A stretch of 64,000 bases of DNA from Alphaproteobacteria bacterium (GCA_964291285.2 OZ219786.1:480001-544000), one strand, 5' to 3'; numbered from the stretch's first letter, positions 34,016 to 42,934 are shown. The notes: a model not told the origin generated them from the letters alone. Translations and numbers: made by a program.

Positions 34016-35114
34016 CGAACGCCCCCACGATTCCGTTCCGCTCGAACACGCCGCCCACCTCTCCGTGATTGCGCCCGTAGAACCGGCCCTCGATCGAGCC
34101 GGTCGCGCCGCTGGCCTCGAATGCGCCCCGCGCCACCGGGATATCCTCCCAGCGCATGTCCGCCCTGGCCGCACCGTCGGCGCCCCTCATGCCCGTGAAC
34201 GAGACGTCCACCTCCGGCCTCGCGAAATCCCCGATGCGGATCTCCACGACGCCCTCGACGCGACGCCCGGCCGCGCCCTCCAGACCCCCGACCGAACCGG
34301 TCCAGACACCGCCGCCGGGCGCCGCCGGGTCCGTTCGGAACCAGGCGCCGAAGGAAACCGCCCCCGCGCCATCCACCAGACCGAACACGCTGTCTGCCAG
34401 CCGCCGGCCCCGGAAGCCGGACCCGTTCCCGCGCAGCAGCCGGTCCGCCAGAGCGCCCGCATCCACGTTCCCGGACGTGCTGGAGGCGAACGTGTCCCCG
34501 ACGCCGAGCCGCTCGCCCCGGCGCCAGTCCCACGGCGCCACGAATGCGCCGCGATGGACGCCGCGCCGCTGCGAGCGCGCCTCTTCCTCCTCGTCGGCAT
34601 AGGCCTCGCCGCCATATTGCCGGTAGGCCAGCGCCCAGCCGTTCGCGACAAGCCAGGCGTTGAGATCCACCCCGCCCGCGGAACAGGCCCCGATGGAACG
34701 CCCGTAGCGGTCCGTGTCGCTTCCCGTGCAGCCCATGCCCTGAGCGCGCGACATGAGCGCCTCCGTCGCCGCCGCCCCGCAGTTCCATGTCCGGCCCCAG
34801 GCCCGGCAGGTCTGCCGGCTCTCCGGCGCGTCGATCCCGTGCAGCCGCCAGCGCACGCCGTCGATATCCACCGTGTCGGCATCGATCACCCGGACTTGCG
34901 TGCCCGGCTCGGGCGCGGCGGGCGCGGGCACAGTGGGTGCGGTTGCCGAAAGGGGGCCGGAAGGGGAGGGCGAGCCGCCGCCGCCGCAGGCCGACACGGC
35001 AAGCAGGAACGCCATCAGCAGCAGAAGCTCCGCGCCCGTGCGCCCGGCCCGCCTGTGGCGCGCTGTCGGACCCGACGGCGGCATCCGGAGCCGCATGGTC
35101 TCCATACCCCGCAT
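34002..35114 (-). CDS. Lipoprotein with thermonuclease (SNase) domain and C-terminal TbpB-like beta-barrel
   Basis: Lipobox VSAC+GGGGS; VIDADT...RLHGIDAPE...DRYGR...LNAWLV.NGWA.AY; C-terminus IEGRFYGRNHGEVGGVFERNGIVGAFGAER. Confidence 0.85.
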   Translation of the reverse strand: MRGMETMRLRMPPSGPTARHRRAGRTGAELLLLMAFLLAVSACGGGGSPSPSGPLSATAPTVPAPAAPEPGTQVRVIDADTVDIDGVRWRLHGIDAPESRQTCRAWGRTWNCGAAATEALMSRAQGMGCTGSDTDRYGRSIGACSAGGVDLNAWLVANGWALAYRQYGGEAYADEEEEARSQRRGVHRGAFVAPWDWRRGERLGVGDTFASSTSGNVDAGALADRLLRGNGSGFRGRRLADSVFGLVDGAGAVSFGAWFRTDPAAPGGGVWTGSVGGLEGAAGRRVEGVVEIRIGDFARPEVDVSFTGMRGADGAARADMRWEDIPVARGAFEASGATGSIEGRFYGRNHGEVGGVFERNGIVGAFGAER

Positions 35115-36289
35115 CACTCGCCGGCTCCCGCACAGCGGCGCAGTGCCGCCCGGGCCGCCCGGTTGTCTGCCTCCGGAACCCGGTTCCAGACCGAGTTGTG
35201 ACCGTTGCTCACCAGCGCGCCGGTCGCGAAGGCCGCATCCATGAACCGCAACACATCCTCCCTGTCCGTGAACAACGGATCGTGGAAGCCGGCCGCCGCG
35301 CCGCCGCCGCGCGTCACCGGGCCGAACCGCTCCACGGGCCCGCCCGGAACCCCGGCCGCCGCCTGCACCCGCTTGCCGCGCGGCACCGTCCCGAAGGACA
35401 GCAGCGCCTCCAGCCGCCCGTCCGCCCGCTCGCACGTCACCGCGAACCCGATCCGCAGCCCCTCGCCGGCGCCCGGCAGCCGCTCCGCCACCCCGAACGC
35501 CAGCACCGGCCCGTCAGCCACGCGAAGCGCGAACGACCGCGCCTCGGGCGTCTCCACCGGCGCCTCGGCCGCAGCGCCGGACAAACTCGCGAGCCCCAGC
35601 GCCGCTGCCGCCGTCAGCGCGACCATCGCCGTCGCCAGCCAGAGCCCCGGACCCGCCCGGTCGGCCGGCACAGCCGGCCGCCCCCTCAGCAGCCCCTGCC
35701 GGCGCGCCAGGTCCCGTCCGGCCAGCTCCCGCCGGTCCTGCAGCGCACCCCGCCCGCACAACACCCGCCACGGGCCCACCCCGTGCCGGGCGCCCAACGC
35801 GCCCAGGACCAGCCAGTCCGACACGCCCGACAGCAGGCAGAACACAACCCCGGAAACCACGACCAGCGCGATCCAGAACGCCGCCTTCGCCCCGATCTGC
35901 CGGAACCCCTCCTCCGCCGCTCCGGCGATCTCCGCCTTCGTCGCCGCCGGATCCCCCAGCGCCGACAGGGGCTCCAGCAGCACGGACATGAACTCCGCAA
36001 ACACGTTCAGGAGCGCGAGGGCCATCAATGGAAACAGGACGAACCTGAGGTCCCGCTCGCAGGTCCAGGCAAGAACACGGCGCAGGCGGCGGCCGGGGCC
36101 GGGCGCCCCATCCATCCTGAGCGCGGCCCAGGCCAGCGCCGCCCCGGCGGCGTAAGCCGCAACGAACCAGTACGGGCCGGCCGCGGCCGCCGCCGGCGGC
36201 ATGAGCAACAGCATCCCGGCAAGGGACGCCCTGACCGTGCGCCTTGCCTCCCGGATCTCCCAGGCTTCCAGGCCGAGGCCCCCGCTCAT
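35114..36289 (-). CDS. Hypothetical membrane protein with C-terminal extracytoplasmic domain
   Basis: ~5 hydrophobic segments then a soluble domain with a Cys pair; coupled to both neighbours. Confidence 0.6.
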   Translation of the reverse strand: MSGGLGLEAWEIREARRTVRASLAGMLLLMPPAAAAAGPYWFVAAYAAGAALAWAALRMDGAPGPGRRLRRVLAWTCERDLRFVLFPLMALALLNVFAEFMSVLLEPLSALGDPAATKAEIAGAAEEGFRQIGAKAAFWIALVVVSGVVFCLLSGVSDWLVLGALGARHGVGPWRVLCGRGALQDRRELAGRDLARRQGLLRGRPAVPADRAGPGLWLATAMVALTAAAALGLASLSGAAAEAPVETPEARSFALRVADGPVLAFGVAERLPGAGEGLRIGFAVTCERADGRLEALLSFGTVPRGKRVQAAAGVPGGPVERFGPVTRGGGAAAGFHDPLFTDREDVLRFMDAAFATGALVSNGHNSVWNRVPEADNRAARAALRRCAGAGE

Positions 36290-36609
36290 CGCGCCGCCCT
36301 CCCGGAATGGCGGCCCTCCGGGCCGAAGGCCGCGGCGAGCGACTGCCGGAGCGTCTTGCCCGTGCGCGCCGCCAGCACCGCCAGCCCCGCGCCCGCGGCA
36401 GCCCCGCAGAGGCAGAGCGCCCCGGCGGCGGTCAACAGGGCGGCAGAGGCGCTCCCCGACAGCAGGACGGCTGCTGCCGAGCCGAGCACCGGCAGCGACA
36501 GGCCCGCCAGCAGGAAAGCGCGGAACACAGGCACGGTCTCCGCGCGCCCGGCGCCTGTGCCGGCGTCTGCGCCGCCGCCGCGCCCGACTGCATCTTCCGG
36601 CCGGTTCAT
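36286..36609 (-). CDS. Small membrane protein
   Basis: GAGGAGGG SD; two TM segments; coupled to the next gene. Confidence 0.55.
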   Translation of the reverse strand: MNRPEDAVGRGGGADAGTGAGRAETVPVFRAFLLAGLSLPVLGSAAAVLLSGSASAALLTAAGALCLCGAAAGAGLAVLAARTGKTLRQSLAAAFGPEGRHSGRAAR

Positions 36610-36619
36610 CGCGCCCTCC

Positions 36620-37207
36620 TCATCCGAACCCGATATCGGCCAGGCCGAGGGGCGGGGCCGCGAGCGCCGCACCCGCACCCGCCGCCATGCCCGGCCCGAG
36701 CGGCGCATGGCCGCGCAGGCAGGACCGTCCGCGCCGGCGCTGCACGCAGGCATGGCGGGCCAGCGCGCAGGCCGCGCCGACCGGCAGCGCCCAGACCAGG
36801 CCCCGGGGGCCGAGCAGGCAGCCGAGCGCGGCGAACAGCAGCGCGTCGCCGGGCTGCAACGGCCAGCGCCGCCCGAGGGCCTCCGCCGCGGCGATCGGGA
36901 CAGCGCCGGCGAGGAACCCGGCGCCCGCGCCCGCCAGCGCCCGCCACAGGCCCTGCGCCGCATCGGGACCGAACGGCGCCGCCTGCCACAGCACGCCCGC
37001 GCCGGCGAGCAGGCACAGCCACAACGGGTCGATCCGCAGGCGCCGCGCATCGATGCGCCCGAGCTGAACCAGCGCGCCGCAGGCCCAGGCCAGCGCCACG
37101 GCGTCAAGGACCGCAGCGCCACGCGCGCCGACCGTCAGCGCCGCCGCCGCGGGCGCCAGGCAGGCCGCCATGAACAGCAGCACGGTGCGGGCGCGCGCCG
37201 GGGTCAT
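36620..37207 (-). CDS. pilU: Prepilin peptidase (A24 family, PilU/TadV-like; no methyltransferase domain)
   Basis: Two catalytic Asp motifs, IDARRLRID and LQPGDALLFAALG; C-terminal PLGPGM; multi-TM. Confidence 0.8.
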   Translation of the reverse strand: MTPARARTVLLFMAACLAPAAAALTVGARGAAVLDAVALAWACGALVQLGRIDARRLRIDPLWLCLLAGAGVLWQAAPFGPDAAQGLWRALAGAGAGFLAGAVPIAAAEALGRRWPLQPGDALLFAALGCLLGPRGLVWALPVGAACALARHACVQRRRGRSCLRGHAPLGPGMAAGAGAALAAPPLGLADIGFG

Positions 37208-37440
37208 CGCGGCCCGCCCTCCGCCGCGCCGACCGCGGCCTGCCAGGAATGCCGTTTCGCCTCCCGGCCCAGGCGGGGCAGCGCACGAAGCGCCTCCGGG
37301 AACCCCGTGCGCCGGGCCGCCGCAATCACGGCCAGCCCGCTCACCCTCACGGAGAAAACCGCATGGAATATCTCACGGAGATGTCCGCCTGCCTCCGGGC
37401 CGCCGGCAGGCCTCTCGCGGCAGGAACAGGGCGCCGTCAC
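37204..37440 (-). CDS. Small hypothetical protein
   Basis: GTGA and ATGA overlaps on both sides within the operon. Confidence 0.4.
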   Translation of the reverse strand: MTAPCSCRERPAGGPEAGGHLREIFHAVFSVRVSGLAVIAAARRTGFPEALRALPRLGREAKRHSWQAAVGAAEGGPR

Positions 37441-38030
37441 CGCCCGTCCTTTCCGAACAGGAACAGCCGGTACCGTTGCTGCGCGGCCCGTTCCCCGGAC
37501 GCCAGCTCCCGCAGGGCGGTCCGCAGGCCGATCCCGCGGCGCCCGGCGACGAGAGCGACCCACGCCCCGTCCGCCGCGCATCCCAGCGCCAGCGCCGACA
37601 GGGCGATCCAGCCCGCCAGGCCCGCCGTCGCCGCCTCTCCCGCCAGGCAGAAGACGAGAGCCATGACCGCAAGCGCGAACCGCCCTCCGCCGGTGCGGTC
37701 CAGGATCGGCATCGCCCTGCCGTTCCGGTGGACCCGGCGCTCCAGGGCGAAGAACAGCGGAACCCCGGCGGCATAACACACGAGACCGCCAGCCACCTGC
37801 CAGGGCCGCACCTGTCCGGGATCGACAAGGCAGGCGCCCGACAGCACGATCGCCGCAAACGCCGACGCCAGAAGGGAGTGGCTGCAGTGGAGGGTCTCCC
37901 GCCCGAAGCCGTCGAAGCCTTCGCCGCACAGCGCATCCTCCCGGCTCCTGCCCGGGTCTTCGCGGGATTCCTCTGCGGCCTTGCCCGGTTCGACCGGCCG
38001 GCCCCGCGCGAGACGGGCGGGCCAGCGCAT
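37437..38030 (-). CDS. Hypothetical 4-TM membrane protein
   Basis: Four hydrophobic segments; coupled to the upstream gene. Confidence 0.6.
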   Translation of the reverse strand: MRWPARLARGRPVEPGKAAEESREDPGRSREDALCGEGFDGFGRETLHCSHSLLASAFAAIVLSGACLVDPGQVRPWQVAGGLVCYAAGVPLFFALERRVHRNGRAMPILDRTGGGRFALAVMALVFCLAGEAATAGLAGWIALSALALGCAADGAWVALVAGRRGIGLRTALRELASGERAAQQRYRLFLFGKDGR

Positions 38031-38449
38031 CACGGCCCGTCCTCCATGACGCCGAAGGTGGCCGGGAAGAGGCGGCACCAGCGCTGGAGGTCCGCCTCGC
38101 GGCAGAGTCCGGGGCGCAGCGTGCGGGCCGGCGAGCCGAGCGCGGCGCGCTCCAGGTTCCAGGCCATGAGCTGCTGCTGGGCGCGGCGCAGGCGCCGCAT
38201 GGCGGCCAGGTCGCGGACCAGCGCCTCGCGGACCGCCAGGACCTCGCCGCGCGCCGCGGCCCAGCTGTCCGCAGCCGCACTCCGCGCCGGGACCGCGCTC
38301 CGCGCCGGAGACGCCTCCTGCGCCGCCGCGCCCGGCGCCAGCACGAGCCAGGCAGCGAGGCCTGCGAGGCCCGCGAGGCCTGCGAGGGCCGTGAGGCCTG
38401 CGAGGGCCGTGAGGCCTGCGCGGCCTGCGGGGGAAGCCGGCCTCAGCAT
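38030..38449 (-). CDS. Small secreted hypothetical protein
   Basis: Signal peptide with 9/18-bp tandem repeats (LAG/LTA units), helical body, Cys pair. Confidence 0.6.
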   Translation of the reverse strand: MLRPASPAGRAGLTALAGLTALAGLAGLAGLAAWLVLAPGAAAQEASPARSAVPARSAAADSWAAARGEVLAVREALVRDLAAMRRLRRAQQQLMAWNLERAALGSPARTLRPGLCREADLQRWCRLFPATFGVMEDGP

Positions 38450-39504
38450 CCCGAACAGCTCCCGACATTCAGGAACCCGAACGTTCCCGTTCCCCGGACC
38501 GAGACGGAGCCGGAGACGGTGACGCCCGGCGCGGTGAGATTGCCGTCCGCCTCGATGCTGCCGGCGGTGACCGCGCCGGCGATATCGGCGCTGCCGGCCT
38601 CCAGCGCGCCCGTGGCCGCGACGCTGGCGGCGCGCACATCGCCGGTGAACGCCGCATCGCCGCGGAAGTCGGCCGCGCCCAGCGCGGTGAAGCTCCCCGT
38701 CACCTCCACCGCGCCCGGCGCGGCGGCCGATCCCACCGACAGCGTCCGGCCGACCCGGAACGCGCCGGCGCGCAGTTCGCGCTCCACCTCCAGTTCGCCC
38801 GCCGTCAGCACCTTCACCCCGACCAGGTCGTTGCCGCCCATGTCGAGGCCGGTCTCCATGCGGGTTGCGTCCGGACAGCCGGGGCGGGCGCGCCGGAAGA
38901 GCGCGCCGCCGCACACGGCCCCGGCATCGAGCTGGCGGTAGACCGCGAGCGCCATGGCGCGCGGATGGCCGCCGGCAGCGGCCCGGAACGCCGCCAGGTC
39001 CTCCTGCACGGTGGGACCCCGGAGCAGGCCGGCCGCGTCCACCACGCCGAGCGCCTGGCGCCCGCGGGCCTCGAACGCCGCCTCCGCCGGCCAGCGCGCG
39101 TCGCCGTCCGGGACCAGCTGCATCGACAGCAGCCGCAGCCGCCCGCCGCCCATCGAGACCGCCCAGGCCGCCGCCGGGCGCTTCATCGCGTCGCCCGCCC
39201 GGTCGAACCCCTCCGGCAGCAGCCTGTCCGCCCTGAGGCGGTCGATATCGATCTCGCGCGCCGCGCCGGCCGGCAGCGCCGCCCAGGTCCCCCAGTCCGC
39301 GCGGGCATGGGCTTCCGCCGCCTGCGCCAGCACGACCAGCTTGCGCGCCGCGCTCACGCCGTGCGCCGCCGCCATGCGGCCCTGCATCCAGAGCGCGAAG
39401 GCGAGCGCGATCATCAGCATCACCACCACCGCCGCCAGCGCGCCGACCGGCGTCAGCCCGCGCCAGCGCCGCACCCGCAGCCGGCGTGCGAACCCCCGCC
39501 TCAC
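38443..39504 (-). CDS. pilV: PilV-like minor pilin/tip adhesin, copy 1
   Basis: Basic leader RRWRG then hydrophobic helix; LRADRLLPEGF; LFRRARPGCPDATRMETGLDMGGNDL resembles the PilV constant-region motif; beta-repeat tail ending CSGC. Confidence 0.8.
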   Translation of the reverse strand: MRRGFARRLRVRRWRGLTPVGALAAVVVMLMIALAFALWMQGRMAAAHGVSAARKLVVLAQAAEAHARADWGTWAALPAGAAREIDIDRLRADRLLPEGFDRAGDAMKRPAAAWAVSMGGGRLRLLSMQLVPDGDARWPAEAAFEARGRQALGVVDAAGLLRGPTVQEDLAAFRAAAGGHPRAMALAVYRQLDAGAVCGGALFRRARPGCPDATRMETGLDMGGNDLVGVKVLTAGELEVERELRAGAFRVGRTLSVGSAAAPGAVEVTGSFTALGAADFRGDAAFTGDVRAASVAATGALEAGSADIAGAVTAGSIEADGNLTAPGVTVSGSVSVRGTGTFGFLNVGSCSGC

Positions 39505-40694
39505 CGCGGGCTCCATCCCGACGACCGGCAGCCGGTGCAGCCGCCGGCGGTGACCTCGCCCGGGTCCCGGAACGAGCCGCTGTCCGCGCCCATCGAGCCG
39601 GCCGTCATCCCGCCCGCCCGCGCGGAGGAGCGCGCCGCCAGCCGCCCGGCCGCGTCCATGCGTCCGGCGACCGCCATGCGCGCCGCCGCCGCGCGGCCCT
39701 CCACCCTGAGCCCGCCGCCCACCGACAGCATCCCGCCGACGTCGAACTGCCGGGACGCGCCGCCGCCGAAGCGGAACCCTCCGCTCGCCCCGATGCCGGC
39801 GCGCCCGGGGCCGCTCTCCAGTTCGAGCCGCGCCGCCTGCGCCTCGCCGGCGCTGACCGCCCGCGCCTGCCCGGACCGGTCGGCCGCCGCATCCAGGCCC
39901 GCCGCGCGCCCGGCATTCAGCAGGTCGTGGCAGCGCCGCGCGGCCGGCGTCGCCGCCGCCCCGCAGTCCTCGCCCGGAACCACCGCCGCCGCGCCGTCGA
40001 TCTCCGCCGCCGGCAGCAGCGCCTGCCCGGACGCCCCGGCATTGGGGCCGAACACCAGGTCCGCCTCCATGCGCGCCAGCTCCGGGCGCCCGCCCACCGC
40101 GCGCCGGTGAAGCCGGTCCGCATCGCGCGCCACGCCCCAGTCGCCGGTCGCGAACAGCGAGCCCGCCGGCAGCGGACCCAGCACCGCCTCGACATCCGCA
40201 AGCCGGGCATGCATCGCCGTCGCCTCGCCGCCGACCGCGCCCACCAGGTCGAGGCCGCCCATCGCCGCGCCCGCCCGCAGCGCCGGAGACCGGAACGAAA
40301 GCTCCGGACCCGTCAGCGCGCAGGCCGCCATCGGAACCCCGTCCGCCAGCACAACCCCGTAGGAGGCCGACGCCACCCCGCCGCCGACCCGGCCCACCGC
40401 GGCCATCCCGGCCGGCAGCAGCGACCAGGCCTGCAGGTCCGCCGGCGCCACCGCCCGCGCCGCCGCCGCCCGGCGCGACTGCACCGCCCGGTCGAGCGCC
40501 GCGCAGGTCATCGCCCACACGCGCCCCCGCTCGCGGTCCAGTTCCGCCAGACGCAGGCTGTCGCGCTCGCGGCTCCACGCCGCCGCCAGCACCGCCAGCG
40601 AGAGCACCGCCAGCAGCGCTCCCAGCGGCAGCGCCGCCCCGCGACCGGCGCCCCGGCGCAACCGGAAGGACAGCGAAGGGCGCACCCGCCTCAC
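39501..40694 (-). CDS. pilV: PilV-like minor pilin/tip adhesin, copy 2
   Basis: Basic leader, hydrophobic helix; LQAWSLLPAGM; LHRRAVGGRPELARMEADL; beta-repeat tail with CTGC. Confidence 0.7.
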   Translation of the reverse strand: MRRVRPSLSFRLRRGAGRGAALPLGALLAVLSLAVLAAAWSRERDSLRLAELDRERGRVWAMTCAALDRAVQSRRAAAARAVAPADLQAWSLLPAGMAAVGRVGGGVASASYGVVLADGVPMAACALTGPELSFRSPALRAGAAMGGLDLVGAVGGEATAMHARLADVEAVLGPLPAGSLFATGDWGVARDADRLHRRAVGGRPELARMEADLVFGPNAGASGQALLPAAEIDGAAAVVPGEDCGAAATPAARRCHDLLNAGRAAGLDAAADRSGQARAVSAGEAQAARLELESGPGRAGIGASGGFRFGGGASRQFDVGGMLSVGGGLRVEGRAAAARMAVAGRMDAAGRLAARSSARAGGMTAGSMGADSGSFRDPGEVTAGGCTGCRSSGWSPR

Positions 40695-40698
40695 CCGC

Positions 40699-41235
40699 TC
40701 ACCCGAACACGAAGGACAGGTGGTTCGACGCTGCGCCCTCGTCGCAATTGTCGTTCAGCCACGCCAGGTCGCGCGACACCGGCGCGACCGCGCTGACCGT
40801 CGCCGGCGCGGCAGCCGCGACCAGCATCGCCACGATCCCCGAGCCCGAACGCGTGCGCCCGACATAGGCCTCGCCCAGCGCCTTGCAGGTCTCGTCGTCC
40901 AGCTCCTCGAAGGTGATCTGGAACCGCCCGCCATTGCCCCGGATCGATACCGCCGCCCCGAACGGGTGCTCGATCGTCGCAGTGCCGCCCGTCCCCTTCC
41001 GGGCCCCGTCCGGGATCCGCCCGAACCCCGCCATCACCGGCACGATGTCGTCGTTGTTCGTCCCGTAGCTCGACTGGCTCGCATAGGTGCTCTCCACGTT
41101 CGCGCGCAGCATGTTCAGCAGGCGGATCGACTCGCCCTCCTTCAGCTTCGAGGTGATGCCGTTGTAGATGGCCACCACCACGACCAGGGCCACCAGGCCC
41201 GCGATCACGCTCAGCAACACTCCGACCGGATTCAT
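40699..41235 (-). CDS. pilS: Type IVb major pilin PilS-like, copy 2
   Basis: N-terminal hydrophobic helix; YASQSSYG; IEHPFGAAVSI; FQITFEELDDETCKAL; second Cys near the C-terminus. Confidence 0.88.
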   Translation of the reverse strand: MNPVGVLLSVIAGLVALVVVVAIYNGITSKLKEGESIRLLNMLRANVESTYASQSSYGTNNDDIVPVMAGFGRIPDGARKGTGGTATIEHPFGAAVSIRGNGGRFQITFEELDDETCKALGEAYVGRTRSGSGIVAMLVAAAAPATVSAVAPVSRDLAWLNDNCDEGAASNHLSFVFG

Positions 41236-41320
41236 GCCGTCCTCCTCCTTCTCGCCGGGACCGCGCCGCCGTCCCCGGCAGCCGGCGCCCTGTCCTGAAA
41301 CCCGTTCACCGAAAGCCTTC

Positions 41321-41857
41321 TCACCCGAACACGAAGATCAGGTGGTTCGACGCGCCGCCCTCGTCGCAGTTGGCGTTCAGCCACGCCAGGTCGCGCACCA
41401 CCGGGTCCCCCCGGTGGACCCTGGCCGGCGCGGCCGCGCGCACCCGCATGCGCACGATCCCCGAGCCCGAGCGCGTGCGCCCGACATAGGCCTCGCCCAG
41501 CGCCTTGCAGGTCTCGTCGTCCAGTTCCTCGAAGGTGATCTGGAACCGCCCGCCATTGCCCAGGATCGATACCGCCGCGCCGAACGGGTGCTCGATCGTC
41601 GCGGCGCCGCCCGTCCCCTTCCGGGCCCCGTCCGGGATCCGTCCGAACCCCGCCAGGACCGGCACGAGGTCGTCGTTGTTCGTCCCGTAGCTCGACTGGC
41701 TCGCATAGGTGCTCTCCACATTCGCGCGCAGCATGTTCAGCAGGCGGATCGACTCGCCCTCCTTCAGCTTGCTCGTGATGCCGTTGTAGATGCTCACCAC
41801 CACGACCAGGGCCACCAGGCCCGCGATCACGCTCAGCAACACTCCGACCGGGTTCAT
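41321..41857 (-). CDS. pilS: Type IVb major pilin PilS-like, copy 1
   Basis: Near-identical tandem paralog of 40699..41235 with the same motifs. Confidence 0.88.
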   Translation of the reverse strand: MNPVGVLLSVIAGLVALVVVVSIYNGITSKLKEGESIRLLNMLRANVESTYASQSSYGTNNDDLVPVLAGFGRIPDGARKGTGGAATIEHPFGAAVSILGNGGRFQITFEELDDETCKALGEAYVGRTRSGSGIVRMRVRAAAPARVHRGDPVVRDLAWLNANCDEGGASNHLIFVFG

Positions 41858-41869
41858 GCCCCTGCCTCC

Positions 41870-42934
41870 TCAGTAGTTCTGCACCGCGGTCGCGATGTCG
41901 AAGCTGACCCAGAAGATCCACAGCATCTGCGCCGTGCCGAGCGTCATCAGCACCGTGTTCAGCACCATGGTCTTCGCCCGCATCACCGCCTCCGAGCGCT
42001 CGATCCAGCGCTCCACGAAGCCCGCCAGCGTCTCCTCCCAGTCCGCCCGGCCCTCCATCGCCGCCGCCACCGCCACCAGCGACTTGTCCGGGAACTCGTG
42101 CCCGCTCGCGGCCAGCGCCGAACCGAACCCCAGACCCTCGTTCAGCATCAGCCCGCTCACACGCCGCATCCGCGAGCGCACATAGGCCGACGCCCCGCGC
42201 TCGAACTGCGCGAACGTCGCCGCGTTCAGGTCCACCCCGACGCGCAGGAACTCCACGCACACGAACAGGAACCCCGAACCCGACAGCATCCGGTAGAGCG
42301 AGAACGGCGCGAACCGGTCCGCGAACGCCCGCCCCCGGCCCGTCCAGCGCAGCACGACCAGCCGCCCCGCCAGCACCGCCAGCACCAACAGCAGCCCCGC
42401 CTCCAGGTCGTGCGCGTAAAGACCCTCCGAGGCCCAGGCCAGCACCGCCGAGAACGCGTCCCAGCGCGACGGGTCGCTCACCGCGCGCATCGCCGGGAAC
42501 ACCTCGTAGCCCATGAACCACGTCATGCCCGCGCAGCCCAGGAAGATCACCAGCGGCCAGAACAGCGCCATCGCAACCGCCCGCACCTGCTTCGCGCGCA
42601 TCTCCGCCACCCGCGCCGCCGCCAGGAACAGCGTCTCCGCCCGCGCCCGGCCCAGGCCGTAGAACACCATCGCCTCCGAAGCCGGAACCCAGCGCGACAG
42701 CTCCACCGCGAACGCGTCGCCGCCCGCAGCCAGCGCCCTGTTCCAGTCCCGCAGCATCTCCACCCGGAACGTCTCGCGCGCCTTCGCCCGCATCACAGCC
42801 TCGAGCGCCTGCGGCATCTCCAGCCCGCCGCGCAGCAGGTCGTGCATCAGGTACCAGATGTCCACCCGCGCGCCCGTCCCGGCCGCCAGGAACCGGCGCG
42901 CCCGCAACCGCAACGCCGCCGCAAGGCGCCTCAT
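41870..42934 (-). CDS. pilR: PilR (GspF/PilC family) inner-membrane platform protein
   Basis: ELSRWVPASEAM; ALFWP; FAPFSLYRMLSGSGFL; EGLGFGSALAASGHEFPDK; located between the ATPase and pilins. Confidence 0.85.
   Translation of the reverse strand: MRRLAAALRLRARRFLAAGTGARVDIWYLMHDLLRGGLEMPQALEAVMRAKARETFRVEMLRDWNRALAAGGDAFAVELSRWVPASEAMVFYGLGRARAETLFLAAARVAEMRAKQVRAVAMALFWPLVIFLGCAGMTWFMGYEVFPAMRAVSDPSRWDAFSAVLAWASEGLYAHDLEAGLLLVLAVLAGRLVVLRWTGRGRAFADRFAPFSLYRMLSGSGFLFVCVEFLRVGVDLNAATFAQFERGASAYVRSRMRRVSGLMLNEGLGFGSALAASGHEFPDKSLVAVAAAMEGRADWEETLAGFVERWIERSEAVMRAKTMVLNTVLMTLGTAQMLWIFWVSFDIATAVQNY

Noticed and set aside
15222-37666. Very long plus-strand ORFs (15222..19685, 19972..24018, 24391..27102, 34787..37666 and similar)
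   Set aside because: Arg/Pro/Ala-rich shadow frames antisense to well-supported genes in very high-GC DNA.
38443-40694. Shufflon
   Set aside because: No Rci recombinase, sfx repeats or inverted partial cassettes seen; the serine resolvase is ~34 kb away.
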